The position numbers were made by a program, and so were the translations under genes. A stretch of DNA of 51,261 nt from assembly GCA_041690595.1 (NCBI GenBank), contig JAWLHB010000013.1, positions 124,001 to 175,261 of the forward strand, read 5' to 3'. The notes beneath the pieces are model-generated. The model was not told where the DNA came from. It was given only the letters and a program-made list of their open reading frames with translations, and ran no database searches. Source of the stretch: Lentisphaeria bacterium. GTDB taxonomy: Bacteria > Verrucomicrobiota > Lentisphaeria > JABSQK01 > JAWLHB01. Positions 48,745-51,261 of this stretch are shown piece after piece; the stretch's first letter is position 1; each line of letters begins with the position of its first letter.

Positions 48745-50961
48745 ATGTCCTTTCATCGTTTCTGCCTCCTTGCCATGCTGGGTATCCTGCACACCTCCCT
48801 GGCTTGCCTGATCATCATCGACCCGCCCCACCCCATTCCGCCGAGACCCGTTCCGCCACATCCCTTGCCGAGACCGATTCCCCAGTTGCAGCCCATGCAG
48901 GTGCGCAGCCACCGTGCCTCTCTGGAGCTGACCGACCGCTTTGCCCAAGTCACCGTCAATGCCACCTTCTACAATCCCAACAACCAGCGCATCGAAGGCA
49001 CGTACATCTTTCCAATTGCCGCGGATGCAGCGCTCTCCTCCTTCGCCATGACGGTCAACGGCAAGACCCTCGAGGCGGAGCTGCTTCCGGCGGACAAGGC
49101 CCGCTCCATCTACGAAAGCATCGTGCGCAGCATGCGCGATCCAGGCCTCCTGGAGTACATCGACCAGGGGCTGCTCAAGGCGCGAGTCTTCCCCATCGAG
49201 CCCAACAGCGAGGTCAAGATCCAGCTCACCTACGAGCAGACGCTCGTGCGTGACGGCGCGGTCACCCGTTTCGCCTATCCGCTGCTCTCCGCTCGTCCCG
49301 AAGGCGCGCAATCGATCGCCAGCGTCGTCATCGATGCCACGCTTTCCACCAAGGCTCCCATCAAGACTCTCTACGCTCCCGGCTTCGATGCTCAGGTCAG
49401 CCGCCAGGGCAACACGGGCGCCCGCCTCACCTGGGAAGCCACCAACCATACGCCCGACAAGGATTTCCAGATTCTCTTCTCCGCCGACGGGGACAAGATC
49501 GGCGTTGACTTTCTCGGCTACCGCAAGGGGGATCAGGGCTACTTTCTCATCTTCATCTCGCCCAACAGCGAGCTGCAGGCCGAAGAGATCGCGGCCAAGG
49601 ATATCACCTTCGTCGTGGACACCTCGGGGAGCATGACGGGTGACAAGCTGCGCCAGACGCAGCAGGCGCTGCGCTACTGCATCAACAACCTGACGCACAA
49701 GGACCATTTCAACATCATCGCCTTTGCGACCGATGTGAACCCGCTCTTCGAGGAATCCAGGCCAGCGGACGAGGCGAATCTGAAAGCTGCCCGGGAGTTC
49801 ATCGATGGCATGCGGGCCCGCGGCGGCACCGCCATCTCGGATGCCTTGGCGAAGACCCTCGCCACCGCCGGCAGGGGCGAGGCCGTGCCGCTCGTCGTTT
49901 TCCTCACGGACGGGCTGCCGACCATTGGCGATGTCGATCCCCAGCAGATCCTCAAGCAGCTCGACAACTCGCAGCGTCGGCAGCGCATCTTCACCTTCGG
50001 CGTGGGTGACGATGTCAACACCCGCCTGCTTGACGGCATCGCTTCCCGAAGCCGCGGCTACACGACCTATGTCCGCCCGGGCGAAGATCTCGAACTCGCC
50101 CTTACCGGCTTCTACGAGAAAGTAGCCAGCCCGGTCATGACCGACCTTCAGCTGGATACCGGCGATGTTCGCCTGAGTGAGAGCATTCCCAGCCAGCTAC
50201 CCGACCTCTTCCGCGGCAGCCAGCTCATCCTGGCCGGCCAGTACACGGGCACAGGCACGAAAGCCTTCACACTCAGCGGCAACGTTCAGGGCGCCCGCGA
50301 GAGATTTCGCTTCGAGGCCGACCTGAACGGCAGCCCGCACCACGCCTTCATCCCCCGCCTCTGGGCCATCCGCCGCGTCGGGCAGTTGCAGGAAGCGATC
50401 CGGCTCAACGGCGAGAAGCAGGAACTGGTCGATGAGGTCAAGCGCCTCGGCCGCGAGTATGGCATCGCTACCTCCTACACATCCTTCCTCATTGTCGAAG
50501 AGGGCCTTGCCGTTCATGAACGCAGGGCGGCGCGTGAAGAGCTTGACCGTATGCGCCCACAGTCCGCTGTCCAGATGGAATCGGGCGCCGGCGCCGTTCG
50601 CGATGCCCAAGCCAGCCAGCAGATGAAGCAGGGGCGCGACAACACCAGCGATTTCTACGCGGCCGCGCCCGCCACGCAAGGAGCCGCCCCTGCCATTGTC
50701 ACCCCGGAACGGCTGGATACGCTGATCGCCCATGCCGGCGACAAGACCTTCTACTTTCGCCATGCCGACAGCACCTGGTACGATTCCCTCATTCCACCCA
50801 ACGATTCCCCTACCCCTCAGCTCTCCGTCACCGCCTGGAGCGAGGACTTTTTCGAGCTCCTGCGCAAGCACCCTGCCCTGAAGAGCTACCTCAAGGCCGG
50901 AATCCCCCTCGTGGTCCGGATCGATGGCATGACCATCCGCGTGACCAGTCCCAACGACTGA
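48745..50961 (+). CDS. Secreted VIT plus von Willebrand factor A domain protein
   Basis: Signal peptide, Pro-rich linker, VIT (FYNP..IEGTY.FP, DPGLLEY), MIDAS DTSGSM, GGT, LTDG, TFGVG, IATSYTSFL. Confidence 0.9.
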   Translation: MSFHRFCLLAMLGILHTSLACLIIIDPPHPIPPRPVPPHPLPRPIPQLQPMQVRSHRASLELTDRFAQVTVNATFYNPNNQRIEGTYIFPIAADAALSSFAMTVNGKTLEAELLPADKARSIYESIVRSMRDPGLLEYIDQGLLKARVFPIEPNSEVKIQLTYEQTLVRDGAVTRFAYPLLSARPEGAQSIASVVIDATLSTKAPIKTLYAPGFDAQVSRQGNTGARLTWEATNHTPDKDFQILFSADGDKIGVDFLGYRKGDQGYFLIFISPNSELQAEEIAAKDITFVVDTSGSMTGDKLRQTQQALRYCINNLTHKDHFNIIAFATDVNPLFEESRPADEANLKAAREFIDGMRARGGTAISDALAKTLATAGRGEAVPLVVFLTDGLPTIGDVDPQQILKQLDNSQRRQRIFTFGVGDDVNTRLLDGIASRSRGYTTYVRPGEDLELALTGFYEKVASPVMTDLQLDTGDVRLSESIPSQLPDLFRGSQLILAGQYTGTGTKAFTLSGNVQGARERFRFEADLNGSPHHAFIPRLWAIRRVGQLQEAIRLNGEKQELVDEVKRLGREYGIATSYTSFLIVEEGLAVHERRAAREELDRMRPQSAVQMESGAGAVRDAQASQQMKQGRDNTSDFYAAAPATQGAAPAIVTPERLDTLIAHAGDKTFYFRHADSTWYDSLIPPNDSPTPQLSVTAWSEDFFELLRKHPALKSYLKAGIPLVVRIDGMTIRVTSPND

Positions 50962-51030
50962 CGCTACTCCCCCTGGACCGGCCTGGAATTGAGCTCACGC
51001 GGAGGGGTATGGCAATAGCAATGGCAGGGC

Positions 51031-51169
51031 CGTGGGGGATGGCGATGGACCAGTCGCCGTTCGGAGAACGCCTCCCACTTTGAGGGGGCATGGTGAGGCT
51101 GAGGCCGGTGGGATTGCGAATACGTGGGGGATGGCGATGGACCAGTCGCCGTTCGGAGAACGCCTCCCA
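51031..51169. repeat. Two identical 47-bp direct repeats with internal hairpins (REP-like)
   Basis: cgtgggggatggcgatggaccagtcgccgttcggagaacgcctccca at 51031-51077 and 51123-51169, separated by 45 bp. Confidence 0.9.
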
Positions 51170-51261
51170 ACTATGTATGCCTTCAAGTGTTCATGGCTAA
51201 AAGATCTCCAGATTTTTTATGAATGGCTGCGACGAGTGCGTCAATAAAATGTTGATAACTC

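Noticed and set aside
51031..51169. CRISPR array
   Set aside because: There are only two copies, no cas genes in the window and no typical CRISPR repeat terminus; REP-like is the better fit.

Overview
GC-rich bacterial chromosomal window. The gene content and style suggest the PVC superphylum (Lentisphaerae/Kiritimatiellae-like), but this is a low-confidence inference. It holds about 45 genes; most long ORFs in the supplied track are antisense shadows of real genes. Main blocks: (1) a metallophosphoesterase-GmhB-like HAD fusion running off the 5' edge and absent from the ORF track; (2) an LMW-PTP/fructosamine-kinase pair; (3) an NrdR-boxed nrdD-thioredoxin-like-nrdG operon, in which NrdD has two ATP cones and a 74-aa insertion; (4) AraC, DegT aminotransferase and xylose isomerase; (5) an AT-rich decayed Rhs/orphan-immunity islet (about 13.3-15.2 kb) bracketed by palindromes; (6) miaB followed by two unknowns, one a degenerate kinase-like/nucleoside-deoxyribosyltransferase-like fusion; (7) glycan-processing genes, MscS, a receiver-Ser/Thr kinase and a cNMP-binding protein; (8) a roughly 20-kb minus-strand run: baeRF, moxR, DUF58, tgpA, ctaA::SCO, DUF420, carboxy(nor)spermidine genes, sixA, ROK, ppx, ppk1, mgtE, an unknown and polA; (9) a VIT-VWA gene and a 47-bp REP-like direct repeat. 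I saw no rRNA, tRNA, transposase, integrase or cas genes. All family calls come from motif recognition, not database searches.
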